64,000 nt of DNA from Chiloscyllium plagiosum (lineage: Eukaryota): the NCBI RefSeq assembly GCF_004010195.1, contig NC_057717.1:105762719-105826718 (forward strand), read 5' to 3'. Positions 38,124-50,200 of this stretch are shown here, piece by piece. Below the pieces are notes generated by a model. That model saw only the letters and a list, made by a program, of their open reading frames with translations. It had not been told where the DNA came from and did not search any database. Both the position numbers and the translations under genes were made by a program. Numbering within the stretch: the stretch's first letter is position 1; every line of letters starts with the position of its first letter.

Positions 38124-38207
38124 CTAGTTTCTTGTAGTATTCCTCCCATGCTTTAGTGTAATCAGGCTGTCCTCCTGGTCCTTGAACTGGAGGTTGCTGA
38201 GTTGGGT
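38124..38207 (-). CDS. KHSRP: KHSRP exon ~18
   Basis: cag|(D)[27 protein letters not shown]|gtgcc. Confidence 0.92.
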   Translation of the reverse strand, partial: TQLSNLQFKDQEDSLITLKHGRNTTRN

Positions 38208-41200
38208 CTGTTTAAAACAGTGGAAAGACAATTAAAACAGCATCATAGGGAACAGCGACCTTCCTGTAGACACTGACAAATCTACAACAAAACAGAAATT
38301 GCCACAGAAACTCCGATGTGGCAGCATTTGTGGAGAGAAAGCAGTTAACATTTTGAGCCCAGTGACCCACCTTCAGAACGTACATTTAGATTCTAGATTC
38401 AAAACGTTAACTTGGTTTCTCTCTCCACAGTTTTACGTCTGGCTGAATGATCGCTTCTATCTCGAAGGCAGGATGTAAAAGTGTTCGAGCCCTACTCAGA
38501 ATGAATTTAAAAAAAAACCTACACTGACACTGCACATGAATCCACTTAAGCTTAGCTGATTTTAAACTAACACAGAAGCTCACTCTGGTTCCACAGGGTG
38601 ACCTTTCATCTAACATGCTCGCCATGGGAAACAACACAGCCACCATCTTACCTGGCCCTGGTGGAGCAGCAGCTGGCTGCTGGGGTGGTACAGGTGCAGG
38701 AGGCTGCTGGTAATATTGTTGGTAATAGGCAGCCCAGGCAGCTGCATTCGGATCGCCGGGAGCTTTACCTGCACCACAAAACACAGCTTTCATATTCCAG
38801 AGAAGGTAACAGACCCCCAGTAACTCTCATCCCCACCCCAAAAACTTAAATGGAGCATGACCAAGGCCAGGTATTAAAAAGTATTTTGGAAATGCATAAT
38901 GAAAGGAAAACACCAAGTACTCAAACACCAAGAGCTCGTGAAATGTTGAACAGAAGAGGAACAGGAAGAATTCAAGCTCTGGAAGTAGTTGTTAGAAAGT
39001 TTCAGCAGTCAGGTCTCAGCAGACAGACAAGTACCAGAAAGCACAATGATACACAGATTCAACAAGTACTCTTGGCAGCCCAATCATCAACCGACTTGAG
39101 ATCTAAATGAGGCAAACTCAGGTAAGGAATTAAAATTATGAATAGCAAACAACTGCTTCTTGCAGGGAAATTTGGAATATAGGGATCAAAATATCAAATT
39201 TAACTGAAATCAAAAATTGATGATGAATGGGGGATAATTTAAGGGAGACTGATTTGGAAAGTGAAGCAATGTGACAGGGCGGGGAACTGGGATTAACAAC
39301 ACAAAAGCTGCTGCAGTTCTGCTGCATGGGAGAAGTGAAATGGCCACCCTATTACTAACTCAACATATTAAGTACTAATAGTTAAGAAAGGACATTTTTG
39401 TTTCATGAGGAAGATTTAAAGATTGGGACAGGAACCCTGGTGGGATAGCGCAGTTAATAAAAAAGATTTGTACTTGACTTGTTCAAGGTGTTAGTTCCAT
39501 GAGAATGATGATGAGGACCCTTTGAGAGGAATGGCAATGAAGCAATTGTATAGCTGGTTACTTACAGAGAACTGAGCTAACAGTCCAACTTGTACTAGTT
39601 TGATTTTGTACATGACTTTGAGAATTTGGTTTGTGAGATGTGGAAATGGATACTGCTGTAAGTGACCGTGAACCCAAAGGATTGTGGATAGACTGGAACT
39701 GGATTAGACATTTACGAGAAGGAAGGAAACCCGACCTGGGCCTATACGCGAGTCCAGTTCCAGAAACACCCGACTCATGTTTAGGATTTAACAAAGGGAG
39801 GGATGAACGAGCATCTCAGAGGGCAGCCCAGGCCCTGTAACTGACTGAGCCAGCATGCTTCAGTACTTGCAGATTCTGAGAAAGTGTGGCTAAAACAATG
39901 TGAAGGAAGCCAGAAAAGGTTAGTAATTACTTGGGTCGTGTGGTCCAGGCGGCTGCCACTGTTGGTACGTGTTGCCCCAACCTTGAGGAGGATATTGATG
40001 TGGAGGAGGTGGCCCACCAGCAGCAGGACTGTCAGGGAAGAATGGTGGTTAGACATTTCAGCTCACAACAGTTAAAGATCCTCAAGCCTCTTGTGTCATC
40101 CACACCCTTCTACATCCAATTGGAAGTGTACTTACAGTGAAAGAGTGTGAACCACTGATGACATTCAATGCCTATATCAGTACAGCCCTTTCAGTGGAAC
40201 CCTTTCGTAACTAGGGTCGAGAGCAGCTGACAATAACCAGAGCAGGCACTCACTGAAGCCAAGCTGCTGGGAACAAGCGGGAGGTAAACGTATTTGCCTT
40301 TTCAACACAAGTTTCACACTTGGGAGAGGTAATCAATGATCTTAGCGAGTTTTGAAAAGATTTGTAGCTCAGGTTGAGGTTTTGGATGTAGGTTTGCTCA
40401 CTGAGGTGCAAGGTTCATTTCCAGACGTTTCGTTACCTTACGAGGTAACATCTTCAGTGGACCCCATGTGAAGCAATGCTGAAAATTCCTGCTTTCTATT
40501 TATCTGTTTGGCTTTCTTTGGGCTGGTGATGTCATTTCCTGTGAAGTCACTTCCTATTCCTTGTCTCAGGGGGTGGTAGATGGGGTCTAACTCGATGTGT
40601 TTGTTGATAGAGTTCCGGTTGGAATGCCATGCTTCTAGGAATTCTCGTGCGTGTCTTTGTCTGGCTTGTCCGAGGATGGGTGCATTGTCCCAGTCGAAGT
40701 GGTGTCCTTCCTCATCCGTATGTGAGGATATTAATGAGAGGGTCATTTTTTTGTGGCTAGTTGGTGTTCATGTATCCTGGTGGCTAGTTTTCTGCCAGTT
40801 TGGTGCATTGTCCCAGTCGAAGTGGTGTCCTTCCTCATCCGTATGTGAGGATATTAATGAGAGAGGGTCATTTTTTTGTGGCTAGTTGGTGTTCATGTAT
40901 CCTGGTGGCTAGTTTTCTGCCAGTTTGTCCAATGTGTGTTTTGTTACAGTCCTTGCACGGTATTTTGTAAATGACATTAGTTTTGCTTGTTGTCTGTATG
41001 GGGTCTTTCATGTTGATTAGCTGCTGTTTTAGTGTGTTGGTGGGTTTGTGGGCTACCATGATGCCAAGGGGTCTGAGTAGTCTGGCAGTCATTTCCAACA
41101 TGTCTTTGATGTAGGGGAGAGTGGCTAGTGTTTCTGGTCATGTTTTGTCTGCTTGTTTGGGTTTGTTGCTGAGAAATCGGCAGACTATGTTCATTGGGTA

Positions 41201-44200
41201 CCCATTCTTTTTGAATACACTATTGGCAATTTTCCTCTGCTCTGCGTAGTTCCTCTGTGCTGCAGTGTGTGTTGGCTCATTGAAATAATGTTCTGATGCA
41301 GCTTCATTTGTGGACAAGCCAAAAAAGACACGCACAAGAATTCCTAGAAGCATGGTATTCCAACCGGAACTCTATCAACAAACACATCGAGTTAGATCCC
41401 ATCTACCAGCCCCTGAGAAAAGGAACAGGAAATCACATCACCATAGGAAATGACATCACCAACCCAAAGAAAGCCAAACATATAAATAGAAAGCAAGAAT
41501 TTTCAACATTGCTTCACCGGAGGCCCACTGAAGATGTTACCTAGTAAGGTAATGAAACGTCTGGAAATGCACCTTCCAGCTCAGCGAGCAAACCTCCATC
41601 CGTAATCAATGATCATTTGACAGGAAATGACAATAAAAACACAGGCACATCTCCAGCAGTGGAAATCCATATCCAACAAACATTCTCTGAAAGTTACGTG
41701 AACCCTGACTTTAGATAAGCTGCCCAACCGCATTTGGAGTTCTCAAAAGCAGAGACAGTGGAACCCTGGCCATGGTGCTGGGATACTGCTGCGACCCAGT
41801 TTCCTGCTGGTTAACAGGAAGGCCATCATAGTTGACACCAAGTGAGCACTTCAGATCACCTCCGAGCTGGAAGTAATAAAACACCATGTAGGAACGAATA
41901 TGTAAACATTCCCACACGTCATGTATTTTAAAGCAGTGTCCCTGCTCACTCACACACCATTCCATTCAGAAGACGATCCTGATCCCAACTCAATCACACG
42001 GCAAAGGGACAGGGAATACGCATTACACAAACAGACAGTTTACTTACTGAGGAGGTGGAGCTCCTGGGGGCCCTTGGGTGAAGGGTCCTGGCTGGAAAGG
42101 TCCCATCGGACCAGTAGGCATTGGAGGTCCGACAGGACACAAAGGACCCTGAAAACAACATTTTTTGCTTCAGTACAGAGTCAAGTAAACTTCTATTCTG
42201 ATCTTCAGTCATGGACTTGCATAGATACTGGCAGGTGACTTGATAAAATAACTTGCATCAATTTCTGCAAATGGAGTGTCTGTTTTAAATCTGTTACAAA
42301 CCTAATGAGTGGTGCCGTTACCTCAATCTTCTCCTCAATGAGCTGTTTAGCATGGTCAATCTGTTGAGGTGACCCTCGGATGGTGAAAAGTTTAAAGTTT
42401 GGATCACCATTAGGCGGGGGCTGTCTCTGCAGTTCCACAAATGCACCAGTCTGTTGGTTTATTGCCTTAACATTCTCGCCACCTGCAAGGTTCCAACAAT
42501 TTATATTAATGATGTGGATGCGAACATAAGAGGTCTCGTTAGTAAGTTTGCTGATGACACCAAAATTGGAGGTGTAGTGGACAGAGAAGGAGGTTACCTC
42601 AGATTACAACAGGATCTGGATCAGACGGGCCAATGGGCTGGGAAGTGGCAGATGGAGTTTAATTCAGATAAATGAGAGGTGCTACATTTTGGAAAAGCAA
42701 ATCTTAGCAGGACTTATACACTTAATGGTAAGGTCCTGGGGAGTGTTGCTGAACAAAGAGACCTTGGAGTGCAGGTTCATAGCTCCTTGAAAGTGGAGCC
42801 GCAGGAAGATAGGATAGTGAAGGCGGCATTTGGTATGCTTTCCTTTATTGGTCAGAGTATTGAGTACAGGAGTTGGGAGGTCATGTTGCGGCTGGACAGG
42901 ACATTGGTTAGGCCACTGTTGGAATATTGCGTGCAATTCTGGTCTCCTTCCTATCGGAAAGATGTTGTGAAACTTGTAAAGGTTCAGAAAAGATTTACAA
43001 GGATGTTGCCAGGGTTGGAGGGTTTGAGTTACAGGGAGAAGTTGAATAGGCTGGGGCTGTTTTCCCTGGAGAGTCGGAGGCTGAGGGGTGACGTTATAGA
43101 GGTTTATAAAATCATGGGGGGGTATACATAGGATAAATAGACAAAGTCTTTTCTCTGGGGTTGGGGAGTCCAGAACTAGAGGGCATAGGTTTAGGGTGAG
43201 AGGGGAAAGATATGAGAGAGACCGGAGGGGCAACTTTTTCACACAGTGGGGTGGTACATATATTGAATGAGCTGCCAGAGGAAGTGGTGGAGGCTGGTAC
43301 AATTGCAACATTTAAGAGGCATCTGGATGGGTATATGAATAGGAAGGGTTTGGAGGTATATGGGCTATGTGCTGGCAGGTGGGACTAGATTGGGTTGGGA
43401 TAGCTGGTCAGCATGGACAGGTTGGACCGAAGGGTCTGTTTTCGTGCATTCTATGACTTTAATTAACTGTAGCTCAGCAACGTAACCGAATTGCTCTCTA
43501 CATAAAAGATAGGCCTTCCTCTATTAATAATTTTGTAGAGATGTGCAGAACATTTGCAGCGAGATTAGTTTATTAAAGCTGTACTACTTCAGATTTCTGT
43601 CCCAAGCCATCCCTTCCGCTCCCCAGCACCCCCACAATGCCTCGAATCAATCAAACCAAATAAGGTGCAGTGAAAACACACAATGGAAAGAAATCAAAAC
43701 AAATTTGTGCACAAAGATGTAATGTAAAAGTCATTCTGACTCAACCACTGACCTCTGCCAATGACCAATCCACATTTGTGGCTGGGGACGGAGAAAGCCA
43801 TCTCTCCTCCAGGGGGGCCCATCCCCCACGTGCCTTGACCCCTTCCCCTTCCTCGGCCAGGCCCAGGCATACCAGGTCCGGGAGGACCAGTGGGACCAGC
43901 CTGCATAAGCACACAATTTACAACACTAAGTCAGAGAATAAGACAGAACATTCACATCACATGAGAATTCAGAACACATTCGGAGATGGACTCGAAGTAA
44001 GATCACCTGGATGAACTTGCTAATTCAGGTATTCTGCAGTGGAATGAAACATGAAAAGTTGTTTGCAGCATCCATGTCATAAACTCAGCACGTCAAACAA
44101 GCAGCACCCCAAAAGGCTTTAAAGTTGGAGCAAAGTATCTATCTTAAACCAGACGTGGTCTATGCTTTTCCTGGCTTGCTAAAGCTGAAAACAAAAACTG

Positions 44201-47200
44201 GCCAATTAAAGCCAGCTCCCAAATTTCTCAAGAATGACCTCAATACAAGATAAGGAAGCTATTTGGAAGATTAAGCCTACACCCTATTCAATTAGATCAT
44301 TGCTGATTGGTAACTCAACTCTAATGTATATTCTTGAACACCTTTAAAAAGGTTTTAAAAAGCTCCAGTGGACTCAGTTCTGGAAGCTTCCAATGCCCCG
44401 GTATCTAAAGCTGTTTGGTCAAAGAATTCCACATTTCTACTTCCTCCAACATCTTTACATCTGATTGGATCAGAACCTCCCCACTGCTAAGTGGCAAAAG
44501 TAGCAAGTTAATGTAATTTCAATGATGACTTCAGCTTTCTTGCATTGTCAAACAGTTTGAGCTTTCCTGTGAGGACAATTCCCTAATGTACATGGTGCTT
44601 GATGACAGGTCGGTCTCTGTCGCGCTCTCCCTGCTGTGGGAACACTCCAACACGCTTGGAGGGACGTTGTGGCTCCAGATCCCTTCCTTACCACAAGCCA
44701 GCATGCTACTGGAAACTTCATAGACAGAGAGATCCAACAGGCAGTGTTGTGGGAAGTGATCCAGCACACTGGAGAGGAGCAAATGAGGTCAGTGTGTGCC
44801 TGGGTGGGGGAGAAGAGGAGGAAGGTGCGATGGGCACCATGCTGCAGTTGTGACTCCATCACTTGAATCTAAATAAAGCTGACACCTTACACAGTAAACG
44901 TGGCTGGGAATATTAATCATGTGGCAGCACAACCCAGTTTACACTAAACGAAATCAGGTTAACACTTTTGTTAACAGCATCTTGCATGGTCAAACTTAAG
45001 CTCAAAGATGGTAGCAACTACTAATCTGCAAAACAGAAACTGCTGGAAATATTTGGGTCAATCCACTTGTAGAGAGAAGTTGGCTCATCCAATCCAACAA
45101 AAGATCACAAATTGAAACATCAATCTAACCTCCTCCTCCTGACCTAAGACAATGATTATTTCCAAAAGAGATTTTAACAAGAAATCTGTGTGGAAATGGT
45201 GAAATAGATCATATCAGTACAATAAACCAATTAGTAAGCTGTACTTATTTAAAAATAGACACAAACTATCTTTGAAGAGGAAGCTATCCTCCAGTCATAG
45301 TAATGTAACTAAAACTTTTATTTATTTCAAAATAATTGAGTTATTGACTTTCGGTCTGCTATCATGTTGGAATTTGAAAAACTAAGCATCTGTCCTCTTG
45401 TTTTACCATTGCATAAGTTCATATTACATTTTCTTTTCAGCATTCAAGTGGGAACAGAAGCGCAAGTCCAATTTCAAAAGTACTCCTTAAAAACTATTTA
45501 GAAATTCAACTCGTCCCCACACAGATCATACCAACATTCTGCAAGGTTACCAATTTTCATAAACCTATTGCTGATTTGAAAACATTTCTTTCAACAGAAT
45601 GGAACAGACAACTCTCACCCCATGTAATGGAACTGGATCAGTGTCCAGATCTCAGGGCAGGTATTGCCACTCACTGCGTTCACCACCAAAGATCCCTATT
45701 TAGCTGTGTGCCCTGGCATAACCCAATCACAGGCAACAGCACATCGGCTGTGCCGAGTGGAAACTTTAAAGATAGCATATGGTGAAAAGAACGGTTAACA
45801 AAGACAATTTAGAAGGTTCATTGGTCACCTTGACAACACCTCTCAAAAGACATCAGGCAGCCACAATCTGATTTGAACCACAGAATAGTCTCTCAGACAA
45901 GTAGGCATCGATTGTGTTGGAAGCCCGGGAATGTAAAGCATGGAGAATGAATCACGCATGAAGGAGCAGCCTACAAAATGGGCTGCACAGCATGAAATCC
46001 ACTGAAAAAGGTTCTCAAAGTCAGCTTGGAATCCCAGAAAAACCAATTTACTGAGGTTTAGGACTGCACTTTAATTTTAGATTGCTCATTCCTGACACAC
46101 ATTGGCGTGCAACACTGATTTCAAATGCCAACATGGATGCCTCTCTGCTGGTTTGCCTCACCATCCTTTGGGAAAAAAAATGGGCTAATAAGGAGAGGCC
46201 TAACTATCCATGGAATACTCTCCACCTTTAGGCGTGGAGAGTAAAAGGGCAGGAAATCAGGAAGGAAGAAAAGTGAGAATAAAACTCTACTCCATACCCG
46301 CACGTTCTGCAGAAGGTCAGTTATTATTTGTGCAGCATGCTGGCATCTCTCTGGAGGCCCCATTACATGTGCTATCTTATCTGGCGTAGACCCATCATCT
46401 ACGGGATGAAAAGGAAAAGGACTTTATTGAAAGATGAAAGTTAGCAGTTCCAGAGCAGCCGCAGTATGCATCACAGAAATCAGTTCAAATGGAACAGACA
46501 GCACCTGAAACAATGAACCAAATTTGCAAAAAAAACCCCAAGTATTTAAGCCAGGGGATGCAGAGAGCCAACTGTCATATTCACCCTCATTGCTGACACT
46601 ATAGCTCAATCGCACCCCAGTGGATGCAATATTTTCAACAACAGACAACATTGTTGCATGCACTCAGAACTTGAATTTCATGGCTTTCTCAGGGGGTGGT
46701 AAAGAGATGGAATCTATATTCTTCACCATACATCAGTCCCTGGTCAAGGGGAGGGGACAAGTTCCCAGATAGTGACTCAATGGGCCCCTGGATCTGTTAC
46801 AGCTGACAGTGCAGGCAACAGCAGAATAAGCCTGTACTGACAAGAATAAACCTCTGAACATCCCTGCTGCATTGCTCAATCTTCACATTATTCCAGGCCA
46901 GCAGCTCAAAAACAAAACACAACAACATTCTCTTGATGGGGTTTTAAATTGAGGAGTACTGCTTATAATTAACCTTCAGCTCCCAGTCAGGTAGCTCGGG
47001 GAGGGAAGCAAGGGAGAAGAGAGCCACAACAAAAAACATTATGCCCCAAGACAAAGATAACAGTAACAATGGCACCTTCCTCACCCACGCTGGAAATGTG
47101 TTGCTGGAAAAGCGCAGGTCAGGCAGCATCCAGGGAACAGGAGAATCGACGTTTCGGGCATAAGCCCTTCCTCACCCACTCAGACCAACCCAAATTATCT

Positions 47201-50200
47201 ACAAGGTGTACACTTGAGGATTCTGAACACATTCCAGTGGTTCTCTGTAAAACAACCTCCCAGGCAGTCTCACTGTTTCTCCGAAAGCAGCTTTCACAGT
47301 AGTGGGTCTTCACCTACTGCAACAAGGGGGTATGCAGAAGGTTGGACCTGGAAAGAAGTATTCACTTGTGCTAACAGTGAGTGATTTAGGACAATTCATT
47401 AACTCAGTATTTTCACACTCACATGGGCCTACACATTCCCATCTGGAGGAGTCTGATTGATATTTAGGTTTCAGGTACTCAATGGGGGTGATGGGACTGA
47501 CCTGGTTTGAATTGTATTCGCACTCCAGCATCATTCTGAATTTTCTTGATCATTTCTCCACTGCGTCCGATCACAATTCCCACTGAATGCCGTGGCACTG
47601 GTACCTAGAGTGTTAAGAGTTGATTGATAAAAATCACTGCATTCATACCTTCTCAAACATTCACACAACACCCGACCATGTTTCCCACTATCTTCAGGGA
47701 CCTGTGCACGCGCACCCCCCCCCCCCACCCCCCCAAGACTCCTCTGATCCTGACTATTCACCTTGTTAGCCCCTCAGCAAGTGTAGTGCCTCACACTTTC
47801 CTGCAGTGTTCCATTTGCCCAACTATCCAGTTCATTGATATCCTCTCGCAGTTAAGAGCTGTCCTTCACACTAATCCCCTCCTATCAGTTTTCATGTTGT
47901 TCACAAACATCTTGACCACTCTCACTAGATTGAAGTGCAAATCATTAACAAATACCGCAAACAGCAAGGGCCCCAGTAGGAAACGCGCTTGTGGAACCAG
48001 TGAAGAGAGACTTTGAGGGATAGAAGCAATGCTCCTACTATAGACCTTTGTTCTGTGTCTCAGATAATTTTGCATCAATGTCTTGGATCCCACAGACTCC
48101 GTTTCTTCACCAGTCTGCACTGAGAGGCCTTATCAAAAGTCTTTAAGTCCATGCAGACATCAGATGCATTACCACCTCCATAAATTAGATCAAGTTGGTC
48201 AAATGCGGACCTTCCATAACAAATCCATGCTGACTTGCGCAGATAAGCCAGTCTCTCTCCAAGTGCAGATATATTCTATCACTCAGAATTTGTTAATAAC
48301 TTCCCCAAAGGTTAGATGGCCTGTAATTTCCTGATCCACCCTTCCTTCACTTTGATAACTGATTGACATTTGCAATCCTCCAGTCCTCTGGCAGCTCTTT
48401 TAGCCAGAAAGGATTTGAAAATGAGCAGGGTCTCACATATTCTCTTCTTGCCATCTCGACTGGGCCAACGAAATGACCACTTTTACAGCTGCTAAACTCT
48501 ATTGCTATGGGGGAGGAGAGGGGAAACTAATGTATCTGCTTTCTATTTCAGATCCCAAGTGCAGGGTTGTTCCACAACCAGAAACACACTCCATACCTAT
48601 ATCTATGCCTTGGCTCCAGCATCGTGAGACTAGCGGCTAACCCTTGGCCTAGGTCAGAAGGTCAGGACTAAGTAAATAAAGTTATTTCAACCAGAAATAA
48701 GCAAAGAGAAACTTTCTCCAAGAACTCCAGTGACCCTAGCCTGCAGAGGGCACATACCAACAAGGACAGCTTGGGCTCACTTATTATGACCTCCATGGTA
48801 AGGATAAGACAAGACACCTCACAGGAAGATTATTTGAACGAGGTACTGGCACCCATTGGAACTATAACCAGTGAGTTTTACAGAACAGAGTGGACAGATT
48901 CATTTTAGAAGCCCTGTGCAGCTTCATACAAATTACATTGCAGTTTTAAAGCATCCACCAAATCAGAAGTGAACAATGATAACCACAAACACTTACATCT
49001 AAACCACCGACTCCACCAGTTCCTCGGTTGCCAAACTCATTCCTATCCCCAAATCCTCCTTGGTCACGCTCGTGCAGAATCTCCATCACCATGTCCCGTG
49101 CTTGCTACAACAGCCATTGCAAAGATGGTTAACCAGATAAATTAACTACAACTCAAAGAGCAGCTGCAAAATTGTTCTTGGTAGGCTCAGAACTCTACTT
49201 CACAATTGCTTTACCACAATTTCAACCGAGATTCAGATTGGAAATGTTAGCAACACACTGTAAACATCAGTAGGGGAAGCTGCTTCAGTAATCAGTTCCA
49301 GCATTCTGTGACTTCACTAATCTGAATAATAAACACCCTATTAACTCTGCGTTTTATTAAAACCCAAAATCTTCCCAGTTCAGGGCAATCCACAAGAAAT
49401 GAAACTCTTGTAAACAGTTGGTGTTAATTCAGAAGTGCAGAAATTAGACTAAGGGAGGGGTTAATGACTTGTAAACAAAGTGAACAGCAATTAAAGCAGC
49501 AAGTCCACTACAACGCCAATTAATTAGCATCATGATCTATAAGGGCAATGTAAAAGAAAGCAGTTTACTGATAACAGGATCAACGCAAGTAAGGGCAGGG
49601 ATAAGGGAAGAGGGACTACGGGAAAATCAGCACTGGGGCTGGGGGAGGTCCTTTGGTCAGCAACAGAGGGAAACAACAGATAACTGGTCTCCATTTTACT
49701 GACAAGCTCCTCAGTGACAGGTGAAAGCATAGAAATGGTACTCAAGGAGATGGTGGTGGAAAAGAAAGAGCCAGGAATATCTGTGCTCATTAGGATGATT
49801 GTAAGAATCGTGGGAACGAGCTACAGGTAGTGAAACCGTACAGAGATGATACAGTCTGATTTTAGGTAATATAAAGGTTCATACCTGTACTTTAAAAGGA
49901 TCACCAATAATTCGGAGTGGTTTATCTACATTAGCATTTTGTGAACCATCTTGGATTAAAATCATCTTCACTCCAGCACGCTCCTGTTTACAAAGACGAC
50001 AGAAACTTTAGGAGGACCGTCCAAAAGAAAGAATAATGGAAGGATCCCGGTTCAGAAAACTCAGGAACCAACTTTTACCTTAAAAACTAGCATCTTGCAA
50101 ACCTCATTTCAAATTCTTTTAAATGTGCAATCAGCAAGAGAAGGATCAAACACGTGTACAATGAGTGCATCATTTTGCTTCAGGCCAGTCATTTCCTTCC

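Larger units (their letters stand above)
40342..41601. mobile_element. Penelope-like element: GIY-YIG fragment with inverted terminal repeat and 13-bp TSD
   Basis: [31 protein letters not shown] (GIY-YIG) and REFLEAWHS; inverted copy of the 3' end at about 41310-41601; TSD GTAATCAATGATC at 40329-40341 and 41602-41614. Confidence 0.92.

Noticed and set aside
31429..38124. KHSRP-CDC37 fusion gene
   Set aside because: KHSRP exon ~18 ends in phase 1 and CDC37 exon 2 starts in phase 0; the missing exons are better explained by the gap.
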